Shown: one piece after another, positions 1 to 10,020 of the stretch | Numbering within the stretch: position 1 is the first letter of the stretch | Layout of the letters: each line of letters opens with the position of its first letter | Virus record (IMG/VR): IMGVR_UViG_3300034190_001539 | Span: 1 to 64,000 of that record | Length of the DNA stretch: 64,000 nt | DNA from: a virus | Strand: one strand, 5' to 3' | Notes under the pieces: model-generated | The model's database searches: none | Told to the model about the DNA's origin: nothing | The model's input: only the letters and a program-made list of their open reading frames with translations | Position numbers and translations under genes: made by a program

Positions 1-76
1 TACATAATACAATAAGTTCTAGAATATCTTCTAGCCTATCTTTTTGAGTGAATGTGCAGAGTAGTTGAGTTTTCAT
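1..76 (-). CDS. Partial hypothetical protein (MKTQLLCTFTQKDRLEDILELIVLC...), runs off the window end
   Basis: ATG at 76 overlaps the TGA of the upstream 715-aa ORF (ATGA coupling); frame is open to base 1. Not in the ORF track. Confidence 0.7.
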   Translation of the reverse strand, partial: MKTQLLCTFTQKDRLEDILELIVLC

Positions 77-2220
77 TTAACTTTTTTCATCCAATAATCA
101 GCTGGATTATTATGTTTCATTCTACTTGAGTAAACATTTGTTGGTATGATTTTACCATTTTTACTTATACTGTAACCTTGATCTGGATCCCAGCCGTGAT
201 ATACTACACTATCTGTACCATTGGAATGGACACGCTTAACATATTTCTTACCACCCTTTGAACCAACTACATAATCTGAATTAGAATAAGATTGTGATTT
301 CATTCCTCTCTCAGGATGATTGTATACCATACCAGCTACCCATTGATTAAGATGATAAAGTTCAAATCTTTTCTGTGCGTTTTCTAAGCCTTCACTCTTT
401 TCTTTCATTCTCGTCTTATTTAATCTTGCTAATTGTTTTTCTGAAGCGTTCTTACACTTACTCATAACCTCTTCTAAAATTTTTGGATTGTCTTTAAATT
501 CAGGATAATATTCATAAAGTGAATTTAAATTATCTTCATTTGCTTTCTTTAACTCATCATCAGTTAATGGTTTTGGTGCTTCATCGGATTCAGGAAATAA
601 CTTACCATAGTATTCAGTTAGTCCATTCAACACATCTAAAGTTCCTTTTCTTTCTTTGCCACCAACAGTAATACTAACATCATTATCTTTGTAAGTTGAA
701 TTTTGATTCTTATTAGGCATTTGGGATGCACCACCACCAGCGAACTTTACTGAACTACCTTCTATAGTATATTCTGCTCCCCTACCATCTACAGATACAG
801 CAGTTTGGTCTATGTCTGAACCTCTTAAAGATAAGACATCAGAAGTTTTAAAATTAGCTGAAGATGGAATGTAAGTTTCAACTCCTCTATTCAGAAGAAC
901 TATAGCCTCAACTGTTTCTGCCATATACGCTGTCATCATTGTATATTCATTAGACCCACCCTTAGTAGGATTGTTCTGTTTAGTTTCAGCTAAGACATCT
1001 AAACACTTTTCATAAAATTCAGATTGGAGTTTTTCTTTTTCTTCATCCGAACTTACCTTACTTTTTTGATTTTCTAATTTTTGAAGCAGCAACATATCTT
1101 GCTTTACTTTCTTTGCAATACCTCTATTAAATTCATCTTCTTCTGATATATTATTTTCTAATTTTGTAAACATATCAGCCATATTATTTGTGGCATTTAC
1201 AATACATTCTGTTCTTCCTTCTGGTGTATCAGCCGAATTTATATCACAAAATTCTACCTCACCATCAGGTAAAGTTTCTAACTTCATTTGTGATAATGGA
1301 TCGTTGGGATCTGATTTTAAGGTAAAACTTCTTTTGCCTATCGTAACTTCTTTAGAAAGAATTTTACCATCTTCCATATTTGTTTTTACTGTACCGACTT
1401 TTCTTTTTGTGTGTACTTGTTGTGGTGATAGCGCTACTCTACTTATACCTCCTGGTCTAACTGGTATGGTAGCTCCACTCTTTTCAATCATAGCAACTAA
1501 TTTTCCTTGAGCTTTATTGCCCTCATTTTTGCTTCCCCAAGCATATCTATAATTTGAACCAACATAAATTTTTTCTTTACCCTCTTTTTCAGGCTGTAAA
1601 TAAAGTGGTTTTGAAAGTTTATATTTTTTAACTAAACTTTTAACTAAATTTTGTGCTTCTTTTTGTTTACCATCACTCATAAGTTTTTCAACTTTTTGTG
1701 CCGTCTTTTCAATTACAGGATAAACTTCAGCTCTAGCGCCTTTATGATCAAGTTTATCTACATCCACATCAGGCATATCTGAATCATCTCCATCATCGCT
1801 ACTTTTAGGTCTTTCATAATCAGGCGATACACCTTTATTGGAATCAGCATCTCTGTCGAACTCGCTTGGCTCATCCAACTTTTCACCATCTTTCTTATCA
1901 TCAGTATCCTTATCGACTTTTACTAACTTGCCATTATCATTTTTGAATGATATACCCTTTTCATTTTCCTTTCCATAACCTTGACCTTTCCAAATCAATC
2001 CCATCTTCTTAATTTTTTCTCTGTCTTGTTTGGATAGTGGTTTGTTTTCAGGCGCTTCCATCAGAGTACCCAACAACTCAGCCCTTGCTTCTCTGCTCCA
2101 ACCGAAGTCATCTAATACTTTTTCTAATAAAATAAGTTTAGCGCTGTTATTTACATCAGGCTTACCATCGCTTGTACGATAAGACCACTCTACTAATATT
2201 TGATTTAAGTCTGTAATCAT
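73..2220 (-). CDS. 715-aa hypothetical protein; possible head-internal protein with a PD-(D/E)xK-like nuclease region
   Basis: Long ORF, ATGA-coupled to the polymerase gene. N-terminal LNQILVE and LME motifs, acidic linker, then E...TSD...SVK pattern. Function is inference. Confidence 0.6.
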   Translation of the reverse strand: MITDLNQILVEWSYRTSDGKPDVNNSAKLILLEKVLDDFGWSREARAELLGTLMEAPENKPLSKQDREKIKKMGLIWKGQGYGKENEKGISFKNDNGKLVKVDKDTDDKKDGEKLDEPSEFDRDADSNKGVSPDYERPKSSDDGDDSDMPDVDVDKLDHKGARAEVYPVIEKTAQKVEKLMSDGKQKEAQNLVKSLVKKYKLSKPLYLQPEKEGKEKIYVGSNYRYAWGSKNEGNKAQGKLVAMIEKSGATIPVRPGGISRVALSPQQVHTKRKVGTVKTNMEDGKILSKEVTIGKRSFTLKSDPNDPLSQMKLETLPDGEVEFCDINSADTPEGRTECIVNATNNMADMFTKLENNISEEDEFNRGIAKKVKQDMLLLQKLENQKSKVSSDEEKEKLQSEFYEKCLDVLAETKQNNPTKGGSNEYTMMTAYMAETVEAIVLLNRGVETYIPSSANFKTSDVLSLRGSDIDQTAVSVDGRGAEYTIEGSSVKFAGGGASQMPNKNQNSTYKDNDVSITVGGKERKGTLDVLNGLTEYYGKLFPESDEAPKPLTDDELKKANEDNLNSLYEYYPEFKDNPKILEEVMSKCKNASEKQLARLNKTRMKEKSEGLENAQKRFELYHLNQWVAGMVYNHPERGMKSQSYSNSDYVVGSKGGKKYVKRVHSNGTDSVVYHGWDPDQGYSISKNGKIIPTNVYSSRMKHNNPADYWMKKVK

Positions 2221-3524
2221 TTAAATTTCCTCGTAATATCTTTCATTTCGTGGTAATTCCATCCTTTTGCTACTTTAACTGGATACTTACCCTTTTGTTC
2301 AATAGTACCCTTTACCATTTTAATAAACTCCAACCCATCTTTTATATGGAAGTCAAACAAAAATGAATCATAGCTATACAGAATTAATTTACTCTTATAA
2401 TCTTTAATTTTTGGTACTAATTCTGCGAGCATAGCCATATTACTTTCTGTTTCCATTAACTGAATAAGATAATTAAATACCTTATTTCTATTCATATCGG
2501 ACAGATTTTTCTTATATATCCTCTTATTATAAATATCAGATTCTATGAAATTCTTTGATTTATATCGTTTCCAAACTTCTCCTATATATTTTTCAACTTT
2601 TTTGAAGAATGGATTTTTTCTAAGAACATCATCAGGTATGTGCCCATATAGATATTGAAAGGAAAGGGATTTAGCCTCATTATAATCTACACCATATAGT
2701 TTAGCCATATGGTTATGGACAGAGCCTTTTGGAAATTTATAATCTACCACATCTGCAATCAATCTTAGATGATAAGCATCATAGTCCATCTCAATCAACA
2801 TACCATCCTTGCCATATCTACTTATAAATTTCTTTCTACTGCCATCTTTTTTATTGAGAGCAGCAAAGTTCATACCACCGAATCTATTGGATGGGCGGCC
2901 TGTAGCGGTGTAAGGATTATACTCTGAATACACCATACCACCTATAATTTTTAGTCCATTACTTTCTATCTTTTGTAAACTTTCTAATACATCGAAGTTG
3001 TAAGTTTCAAATACAGACTCAGTAAGTTTATTTCCCATAATAGCAGCCAGTTTAATCTTTTCGTCTACCAGCTTTCTACAATACTCAATATGCTTTACCA
3101 AAGGAACTGCACAATTTATATTAGGTGTTTTATAGTGTGTACTATAAAAATATCTGTGTGCGTTGGTGGTTACTTCATCTATTACCAATGGTACATTTTT
3201 TTCTAAATAGTAATTCATCTGAACATCATATACATTTTTCCAATCTAAAAAGTGTAGTAACTTTTTTTTATCATAAGTGTAAACTTTTTTTGGCGTATAT
3301 GTCTTTTTAATATATTTACTTCCTAAATTAACAGCATCTGAATGGCGAAATGGTAAGATATATTCCTCTGTATTATCATCTAAAAATCTCACATAAAGTA
3401 AACATAACTCTGTTTGTATTGGATGCACATTTGGATCACATTGTATCGGTATTACAACAGAGTCATTATTTTTGAACTCTGTCATAAATTTATTCCATTC
3501 TTTTGTTGTTTCTATTATTCTCAT
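2217..3524 (-). CDS. Short family A DNA polymerase-like protein
   Basis: TATGRPS motif, motif A (MDYDAYHLRL), motif B (AKSLSFQYLYG), motif C (YSYDSFLFD); 435 aa, no 5'-3' exonuclease. Confidence 0.8.
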   Translation of the reverse strand: MRIIETTKEWNKFMTEFKNNDSVVIPIQCDPNVHPIQTELCLLYVRFLDDNTEEYILPFRHSDAVNLGSKYIKKTYTPKKVYTYDKKKLLHFLDWKNVYDVQMNYYLEKNVPLVIDEVTTNAHRYFYSTHYKTPNINCAVPLVKHIEYCRKLVDEKIKLAAIMGNKLTESVFETYNFDVLESLQKIESNGLKIIGGMVYSEYNPYTATGRPSNRFGGMNFAALNKKDGSRKKFISRYGKDGMLIEMDYDAYHLRLIADVVDYKFPKGSVHNHMAKLYGVDYNEAKSLSFQYLYGHIPDDVLRKNPFFKKVEKYIGEVWKRYKSKNFIESDIYNKRIYKKNLSDMNRNKVFNYLIQLMETESNMAMLAELVPKIKDYKSKLILYSYDSFLFDFHIKDGLEFIKMVKGTIEQKGKYPVKVAKGWNYHEMKDITRKFK

Positions 3525-3557
3525 TTTGTATATTCGTACTCACAAGGAAACATTTTT

Positions 3558-4115
3558 TCACTCATTATTTGCATCGAAAAAAAATGTTTGAAATAATCTA
3601 CTATTTTGTCTATCTGTTCCAAATCCAGGAACTTTACTACGATGGTAATAACCACCCCTATAAACAATTAATCGATTATAAATATTTCCGACATATGCTA
3701 TTTCTTCCCACTCCTTTTTGTTTGTAGTTTTCAAATCAGTATCCTCTGTTCCATTCCAATAATAAATGCCTGTATCTTTATGTCTATAAAAGGATGTGCC
3801 AGATTCCACAGGAGCATTAGGTGTTAAGTATAATACGCCAGCCCATTCTGTCATATCGTGATGTATCCAAGTTTTATCTTTCTTTGTTGTATATTGAAAA
3901 GAGGTGTTGTATTCCTCTGGCCAATAGCTTATTTTTTGTTTTATAATTGAATTTTCAAAAAATTCTTTTAAGTAATTATGGTGGTCTTTATAATGTGGTT
4001 GTGTCCTAACACCTGGATAATTACCCTTTACATCAAAATCTAATGTAAGTGCGTAATCCCTAACCTCATCAGGATTCTCATAGAAATCATCAAATATATG
4101 TAAGCCTTCTAACAT
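3558..4115 (-). CDS. 2OG-Fe(II) oxygenase-like protein (DUF6445-like)
   Basis: DDFYENPD N-terminus, HxD (IHHD), WAGVLYLTP, YNRL...YH, C-terminal RLFQTFFF. Confidence 0.75.
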   Translation of the reverse strand: MLEGLHIFDDFYENPDEVRDYALTLDFDVKGNYPGVRTQPHYKDHHNYLKEFFENSIIKQKISYWPEEYNTSFQYTTKKDKTWIHHDMTEWAGVLYLTPNAPVESGTSFYRHKDTGIYYWNGTEDTDLKTTNKKEWEEIAYVGNIYNRLIVYRGGYYHRSKVPGFGTDRQNSRLFQTFFFDANNE

Positions 4116-4117
4116 TA

Positions 4118-4816
4118 TTACCAGTTATGAGCTTCAGCCCATATCTCTGTAATCTTTGGGAAAGTTTCGTGCATCAATTCTAACATCGATTTAGCATACT
4201 CTTGAATCTCTATTTGAGATGTCTTTTCGTTTCTTAACTCAATAAAATTCATTACGGCCTGAAAGGAAGCTGTCCAATATACCTCTGTGTATTGATTTAA
4301 TGGTAAGATGATTCTTGCCTGTTCTTTAGCCATACCAGCATCAATCATTCTATCATACGCCATCTCTACTTGTCTCATATACTCATTGAAAACACTAGTC
4401 ATTCTTTTTTGTTGTAAGTCGTCTAACACACCCTCTGATGCTTGTTTATTATCTTCCGATTGTTTTCTCCAAACTTCAGGTATGTAGAAATCTTCTACTG
4501 GCACATATCTACCACTTATCTCATTCCACGCGTGATCTTTAGCAGAACTATTGGATGTTGTTTCTATACCAACAACGTGTTTGTACCATTGTCTCATCAC
4601 AAACTCTGGCGCTTTAATGTGAAATTGAACCTGTAGGTGTCTGAATGGAGAGTAGTGTTTGTATTTTGCCAAATACTTTACCAATCTTCTATCAGCGGCT
4701 GACCATACAGATTTTCTTTTTCCGAATGAAACACGAGCTGAATTGACGACAGTCAAATCGTTTCCCAACGAATCAACAACCTCAATAAAGCCTTTATCTA
4801 AAACTTTATTTTTCAT
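4118..4816 (-). CDS. thyX: Flavin-dependent thymidylate synthase
   Basis: VVNSARVSF, HYSPFRH, RQWYKH, NEISGRY, EQARIILP, FIELR...Q-EI motifs of ThyX. Confidence 0.95.
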   Translation of the reverse strand: MKNKVLDKGFIEVVDSLGNDLTVVNSARVSFGKRKSVWSAADRRLVKYLAKYKHYSPFRHLQVQFHIKAPEFVMRQWYKHVVGIETTSNSSAKDHAWNEISGRYVPVEDFYIPEVWRKQSEDNKQASEGVLDDLQQKRMTSVFNEYMRQVEMAYDRMIDAGMAKEQARIILPLNQYTEVYWTASFQAVMNFIELRNEKTSQIEIQEYAKSMLELMHETFPKITEIWAEAHNW

Positions 4817-4866
4817 ATATAACCTTAATTTATAATATATATTAAACTAAATTACCAAAATGTAAA

Positions 4867-5742
4867 TTAATATCCACCGCCTCCGCCGGCTCCTCCTGTC
4901 ATTACTCCTGGTGGAGGACCTGTTGGCGCACTTTGTTGCGTTTGAGTTTGTGTCTGAGTCTGCGTTTGTGTCTGCGTTTGTGTCGAAGTCTGCGTTTGTG
5001 CCGGAGACTCACCTAATCTTTCTCTTATTATTTCTTCGGGAGTTTGATTAACTGATTTTCTAAAATACTGAAATGGGCTGAGTAAACCTTTTATATTTGG
5101 CCAATCCTCTGATGCTAATTCAATTCTTCTGAGATTAGCTGCTTCAACCGATTCTGTAGTTCCTGTTAAATACCAAGTCACATTAATATAATCATATAAT
5201 GGTGAACTCAACATATCATCTGAGTTTATTTCAAATGGAACTTTTCTTTCATCATTTGCCTTTCTAGCAAAACTTCTAATCATAAACCCAGCTTTATAGT
5301 CATCTTCTGTTGGTGGTACTATGCTGCCCTCCAATAAAATAGGTTCCTGTTGATTCAATGTATTATAATAACCAATTAAATTATTCTTTACATCTACAGG
5401 ATAAATAAGTTCACTAAACACATTGTGTTCAAATGAAGTCATATGATACACACTTAAATCTTTTGTATAATGAACGTGATAAGGTTTTCCTTTTTTTACA
5501 AATTTTCCTTTCCTATCTTTGAACTGAAATTTTTTAGTTGTAAATCCTTTTTCTACTCTCACGGTATTTCTATTGATTCTTTCTATTTGTGGATTTGATA
5601 ATTCTATACCCTTTCTACGTGATTCATTAATTTTATTCATAAGGCGTAAATTCTCTGCAGAGACAGTTGTAATCTCTTCCTCAATTGCCTGTTGAGCTTG
5701 TTGTTGAGTCATATTCATCATACTTTCTGCTGAGATAGCCAT
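4867..5742 (-). CDS. Baseplate-region hypothetical protein with (QT)n and Gly/Pro-rich C-terminal tail
   Basis: 291-aa ORF with GGAG SD; last gene of the baseplate block. Confidence 0.6.
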   Translation of the reverse strand: MAISAESMMNMTQQQAQQAIEEEITTVSAENLRLMNKINESRRKGIELSNPQIERINRNTVRVEKGFTTKKFQFKDRKGKFVKKGKPYHVHYTKDLSVYHMTSFEHNVFSELIYPVDVKNNLIGYYNTLNQQEPILLEGSIVPPTEDDYKAGFMIRSFARKANDERKVPFEINSDDMLSSPLYDYINVTWYLTGTTESVEAANLRRIELASEDWPNIKGLLSPFQYFRKSVNQTPEEIIRERLGESPAQTQTSTQTQTQTQTQTQTQTQQSAPTGPPPGVMTGGAGGGGGY

Positions 5743-5752
5743 TTTCTACTCC

Positions 5753-8700
5753 TTATCTATTATCGTATTTTGCTATATATGTTGAACTAAAATACCTACC
5801 ACTGTTAAGTAACGAAGCTTCGTTTGCACTTACGATAGAATTATTTGATTCGCCAGTTGAGTTTGGTGGTTCTATATTATCATCCCAAAACTTTTGCCTT
5901 ACTTCCCACGGGACTGGTGTTTTTCCACTATTTTCACCATAAAATACTTCTTGCTTATACTCACCATTGTCACGTTGCTTTTGGGTACTCGACCATTCAG
6001 GTCTCCAAAGTGGTATGACTCTGTATATAAGTCTATTCTGTGCACCAGTTTTTCTATAAGTTGTTTTCCGTGGTGCTGGATTTGATTTACGTTTTGGTGC
6101 TTTCTGTTTCTGTTCCCTTTTTACCTTTTGTACAGGCGTTTCAACTATTTTAGGTGGTATTGGTGGTGGTGGTGTTGCAGGTGGTTTTGGTTTTGGTGGT
6201 GGTGGTGGAACTTCAGCATAACCCACTTCAGGTTTAGTATACTCAACTATTGTAACTTCTTCTACTGCTGTTTGTGGTGCTTTAACTGTTTTTACTATTA
6301 CTGGCATTGGTATTCGTGGTTGTCCAGGAGATCCTTTAACCACTCTTATTATTTCCATTTCTTTTTCAGGCACCTCTACTTCTATTTCCTGTGCCGGTTC
6401 GGGAACTGGTGTATCTATTCCCTCATCTTCTGGAGGTATACCATTATTTATTACTATTGGTGGTACAAATGCTTCTTCAGCAGGTTCTTCAATCGGCAAT
6501 TCTTCTTTTTCAGGCAAAGGTTCTACATAATCTTCTGGATCTGCGCTTGGTTTAAAAGCTTCTAAAGGTGGTAATGTAAATGTATTATTTAAAGTAAATC
6601 CACTAAATGCAGAATCTGGTCCTATTACGCCTGGTTGTTCAGGTGGTTTAGCAGGTGGTTTTGGTGTGGTTGTAAGAGCTTCTATAGGTTTAGTTTTTAC
6701 CTTTTCTAATGTCAATCCCTTTTCATTTGGAATTGAATTGTACCTCATTTTTGTATTTATTTCTGTAGTCCAACCAGCAGAATCTACCTTTTGATTTAAA
6801 TTAAAAATTTGGAAATAAACTTGCGGTCCTAAATTAATAGCATCTTTGTAAATCTCTAAATTATATTTGGGTTGAATATAATCGGTTTGGATGACATCAC
6901 CAGGCATAATTCCACCAGTACCATCTATCTCTAAAGTAAGTTCGGCTGGAATAATATCATCTGAACTAAACTTTCCTCGTCCACCTGAATCATTTAAATA
7001 ACTTCTTAAAGCATACTTAGCTTCATCCAATAACACAAATTTATTTAATTTTTCATCGTAATTATAATAACCACCTTTTCTGCTATCATTTTCCCCATAA
7101 ACATTTGTTCCTGCTTTTGATTTATTGTTTTTGTCCGTTTCGATTTCCCAAATCATCTTTTGAACTACATTACCATTTTCTTCAGTTACATTAACAAGCC
7201 TTAATCTTTCTTTTGGTGGTTCTTCCTTTGTAGTAACTGTACTGGTTGCTTCTTCTGATGATTTGTTTCCGGACACCCACCTTTTCCACCAATTTCTATC
7301 CCATAATGTTTTTAAAACATTAAAAGAACCCTTAGTATTTCCTTTTACTATTTTAGAATTATAGCTCGAATATTCACTACCAACAGTTGTCGCTGTAAAT
7401 GGTACATTGTTGTCTATATTATGATCTCCGCTTTGAAAACTTTTCGTTAAACTTTTTAAATATTTGTCCTTAAAAGGATCGGAGCCTTCTACGATTTCAT
7501 CAGTTCTGAACAACTTACTTATTTCAGAACCATTGTATTCACTTTCATTTGTCATACCTTTGTTTTTATTTGAGGCATATAAAGCACTTACAGCCATAGC
7601 GTTTGGTATTTTAAATGCTAGATTTTGGCTCTTAACTATACTACCAACATTAAAAGCTGGAAATTTGTAAATTCCTTGAGTCTGAATTGCATGTGAGTTT
7701 TCTTTAAATTCTGTATAGATTGGTTTATTTACATTTGAAGTTTTTTTATCAATAATCTTTATATTAGTAGAGTCAAATGGATCTGTAACTATATCAAAGT
7801 TCCAAACACTATTAAAATTCTGATTCATTTGGTTTAGTAATCTTTTTACACCATTTTCCAATGTACCAGGCGGAGATACATTACCCTCATCTTGTATAGG
7901 AGCATCAGCTGCAGATACACCAAAGGCTTTTTGTATTTCCTTAATATTTATCCAAATATTTCTTAAAGCTCCTTTTGGCTTTACATCATCAGTATCGCCC
8001 TCATATGAAAATGGTCTTATATTATCATTTGATGCAATAGCTTCATAAGATTTTAACTTTCTTTTTGCATTTGTAGCTCTTGCTGATTTCACCTTCATCC
8101 TATCTTTTGAATTCCAAATTTTATCTTCACCATAATCACTAATAACTTCTGTGGGTAATGTTTCTTTTATAAAAAATTTGTTTGGGTCTATAGGATGTAA
8201 AAATGGTGGATTTCTTATCAAAGTAGGTACTTTTAAAATATCATTGAAATTGGTAGAATCAATATCAGCATCTAAGTAAATTCCTTGCTTTGCAAAGAAT
8301 TGTTTTTTAATTGAAAATTGATTTAAACTAGTAACAGCGTCTATTTGTGTTTTTAAATATTCAGTAGATATAGGTTCTCCAATTCTATTAGGATCGGTTT
8401 TGGGATTGTGTAATACTGTATCTAAACTTCTAAATGTTAATTTTGCTGCATCATCTTCACCAGCCATAAAAGAAATATATCTATTTATAAACTGATCTTC
8501 AAACCAAGCCCAAGTTACAAAATAATCTATTTTAAAATTATAATCTGTTTGAATCATTACATTTGGTGATTCTTGATTGTCTATAAATACAGCATCGCAT
8601 CCTCTAAATGAACTCATTTTTCCTTGATGTATTGTAAACGCTTTATAATCTTCTAATCCTTTTCCATTATTTGGAAAAACATCTTTAAATCCAGCAGCCA

Positions 8701-9718
8701 CTCTGCCGATTTTACTCCTTACAGCATTAGCACCATCTTTTCCAAATAAAGCGAAGTACTCTATTTCTTTTCTACCAAATCCTGTTTTGTCTTTCAAAGT
8801 TTCTACACCTTCGCCACCAATCAGAGTCTGTCTGTCCGCAAAAACATCTTGAGATTTTAGGGCATAATCTGAAATCCATTCTAATCCAAATATATCGTGA
8901 TAAATAATTCTTTTTAAATTAATCGTAGCATTTACTAAATTGTCTGGTGGAACATATACCTTAGAATCTTCCTGTGAATTAAGCATAAGAGAACCTGCAG
9001 CATTGTGTCCTTTATCCAATGGTAAATCAAATAAATTTGCACCTAATGCTATAATAGTAGTTACACAATCAAACCCCCCATCTGGTCTTAAATCATATGA
9101 AAAGTTACTAACATATCCACCGATAGCATCATAATCGCCTTTCATATCTAATATTTTTTCTTGTGGGTTTGCAAATATTGATTGATTTACTTCAAATTTA
9201 CCCTCAGCGGATTTGGTTATAAATGGTGGTACTTCAAAATTAACAGAATTAGAATTTACCCATCCCCAATCGACAATCACTGTTTTACCAACGCTTAAAA
9301 AATATGGTGTTAATTTTTGTAAATCACCTAAAGAATTAACCATCCAATTAACAGTACATTGTCTTATAGCTTTAAATCCACCTTTGTACTCTACCGATAT
9401 ATCTTTTACTCCACCGATTGGTCTAAATTGATTCCCCCCACCATCTGTAGCTCTACTAGCATATAAATCAGTTCCGAATTTTAATAAACCATCTTCACCC
9501 AACTCTCCGCCAGATATAACAATATTATCAACTTCTTCTTTGTTGGAACACATTCTAACAAAGGTAGTTCTACTCATAATATCTTTTGGTCGTAATGTAT
9601 TGACTACAGATCCTTCAGGTTTGGTTGGTTGGCTGCTATTTAAATTTTTCCAACCCAAAGCTCTTTCTTTAGATTTTAATTTTTCTTGTATATTTTTACT
9701 TATAAACTTTGTAAACAT
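5753..9718 (-). CDS. Large baseplate hub/tail protein with Pro/Glu-rich linker
   Basis: 1321 aa, directly downstream of the LysM/gp53-like gene; hub-like C-terminal segment (LEIDGTGGIMPGD...FQI...VDSAGWTT). Assignment relies mainly on context. Confidence 0.6.
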   Translation of the reverse strand: MFTKFISKNIQEKLKSKERALGWKNLNSSQPTKPEGSVVNTLRPKDIMSRTTFVRMCSNKEEVDNIVISGGELGEDGLLKFGTDLYASRATDGGGNQFRPIGGVKDISVEYKGGFKAIRQCTVNWMVNSLGDLQKLTPYFLSVGKTVIVDWGWVNSNSVNFEVPPFITKSAEGKFEVNQSIFANPQEKILDMKGDYDAIGGYVSNFSYDLRPDGGFDCVTTIIALGANLFDLPLDKGHNAAGSLMLNSQEDSKVYVPPDNLVNATINLKRIIYHDIFGLEWISDYALKSQDVFADRQTLIGGEGVETLKDKTGFGRKEIEYFALFGKDGANAVRSKIGRVAAGFKDVFPNNGKGLEDYKAFTIHQGKMSSFRGCDAVFIDNQESPNVMIQTDYNFKIDYFVTWAWFEDQFINRYISFMAGEDDAAKLTFRSLDTVLHNPKTDPNRIGEPISTEYLKTQIDAVTSLNQFSIKKQFFAKQGIYLDADIDSTNFNDILKVPTLIRNPPFLHPIDPNKFFIKETLPTEVISDYGEDKIWNSKDRMKVKSARATNAKRKLKSYEAIASNDNIRPFSYEGDTDDVKPKGALRNIWINIKEIQKAFGVSAADAPIQDEGNVSPPGTLENGVKRLLNQMNQNFNSVWNFDIVTDPFDSTNIKIIDKKTSNVNKPIYTEFKENSHAIQTQGIYKFPAFNVGSIVKSQNLAFKIPNAMAVSALYASNKNKGMTNESEYNGSEISKLFRTDEIVEGSDPFKDKYLKSLTKSFQSGDHNIDNNVPFTATTVGSEYSSYNSKIVKGNTKGSFNVLKTLWDRNWWKRWVSGNKSSEEATSTVTTKEEPPKERLRLVNVTEENGNVVQKMIWEIETDKNNKSKAGTNVYGENDSRKGGYYNYDEKLNKFVLLDEAKYALRSYLNDSGGRGKFSSDDIIPAELTLEIDGTGGIMPGDVIQTDYIQPKYNLEIYKDAINLGPQVYFQIFNLNQKVDSAGWTTEINTKMRYNSIPNEKGLTLEKVKTKPIEALTTTPKPPAKPPEQPGVIGPDSAFSGFTLNNTFTLPPLEAFKPSADPEDYVEPLPEKEELPIEEPAEEAFVPPIVINNGIPPEDEGIDTPVPEPAQEIEVEVPEKEMEIIRVVKGSPGQPRIPMPVIVKTVKAPQTAVEEVTIVEYTKPEVGYAEVPPPPPKPKPPATPPPPIPPKIVETPVQKVKREQKQKAPKRKSNPAPRKTTYRKTGAQNRLIYRVIPLWRPEWSSTQKQRDNGEYKQEVFYGENSGKTPVPWEVRQKFWDDNIEPPNSTGESNNSIVSANEASLLNSGRYFSSTYIAKYDNR

Positions 9719-9719
9719 T

Positions 9720-10013
9720 TTATGAGTTGCTGTTGTGAACGGCTTCTAATATATCATCTATTACTGTTGGTACTCTTAATTTGACATCTGTTCTTGGTGC
9801 AATATCACCTTTACTCAATTCATTAGCTTTGGCAATAATCCACCAAAGGTTTGAATCACCATAATATCTTTGTGCCATATTATCAAATCTTTCACCATAA
9901 ATAGGATAAACAAATATATCAGAATCCTTAATTGGTATGTTTGGAACTATCGTAGGTCTATAATACCTTACATTGTTTTTATCTTTTTCTATTCTTGCGT
10001 TTCTATATCTCAT
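9720..10013 (-). CDS. Baseplate wedge protein, gp53/LysM-like
   Basis: GERFDNMAQRYYGDSNLWWIIAKAN signature. Confidence 0.8.
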   Translation of the reverse strand: MRYRNARIEKDKNNVRYYRPTIVPNIPIKDSDIFVYPIYGERFDNMAQRYYGDSNLWWIIAKANELSKGDIAPRTDVKLRVPTVIDDILEAVHNSNS

Positions 10014-10020
10014 AATTTAC

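Noticed and set aside
6128-6565. Trp/Cys/Tyr-rich + strand ORF
   Set aside because: Antisense of the Pro-rich linker (CCA codons read as TGG).
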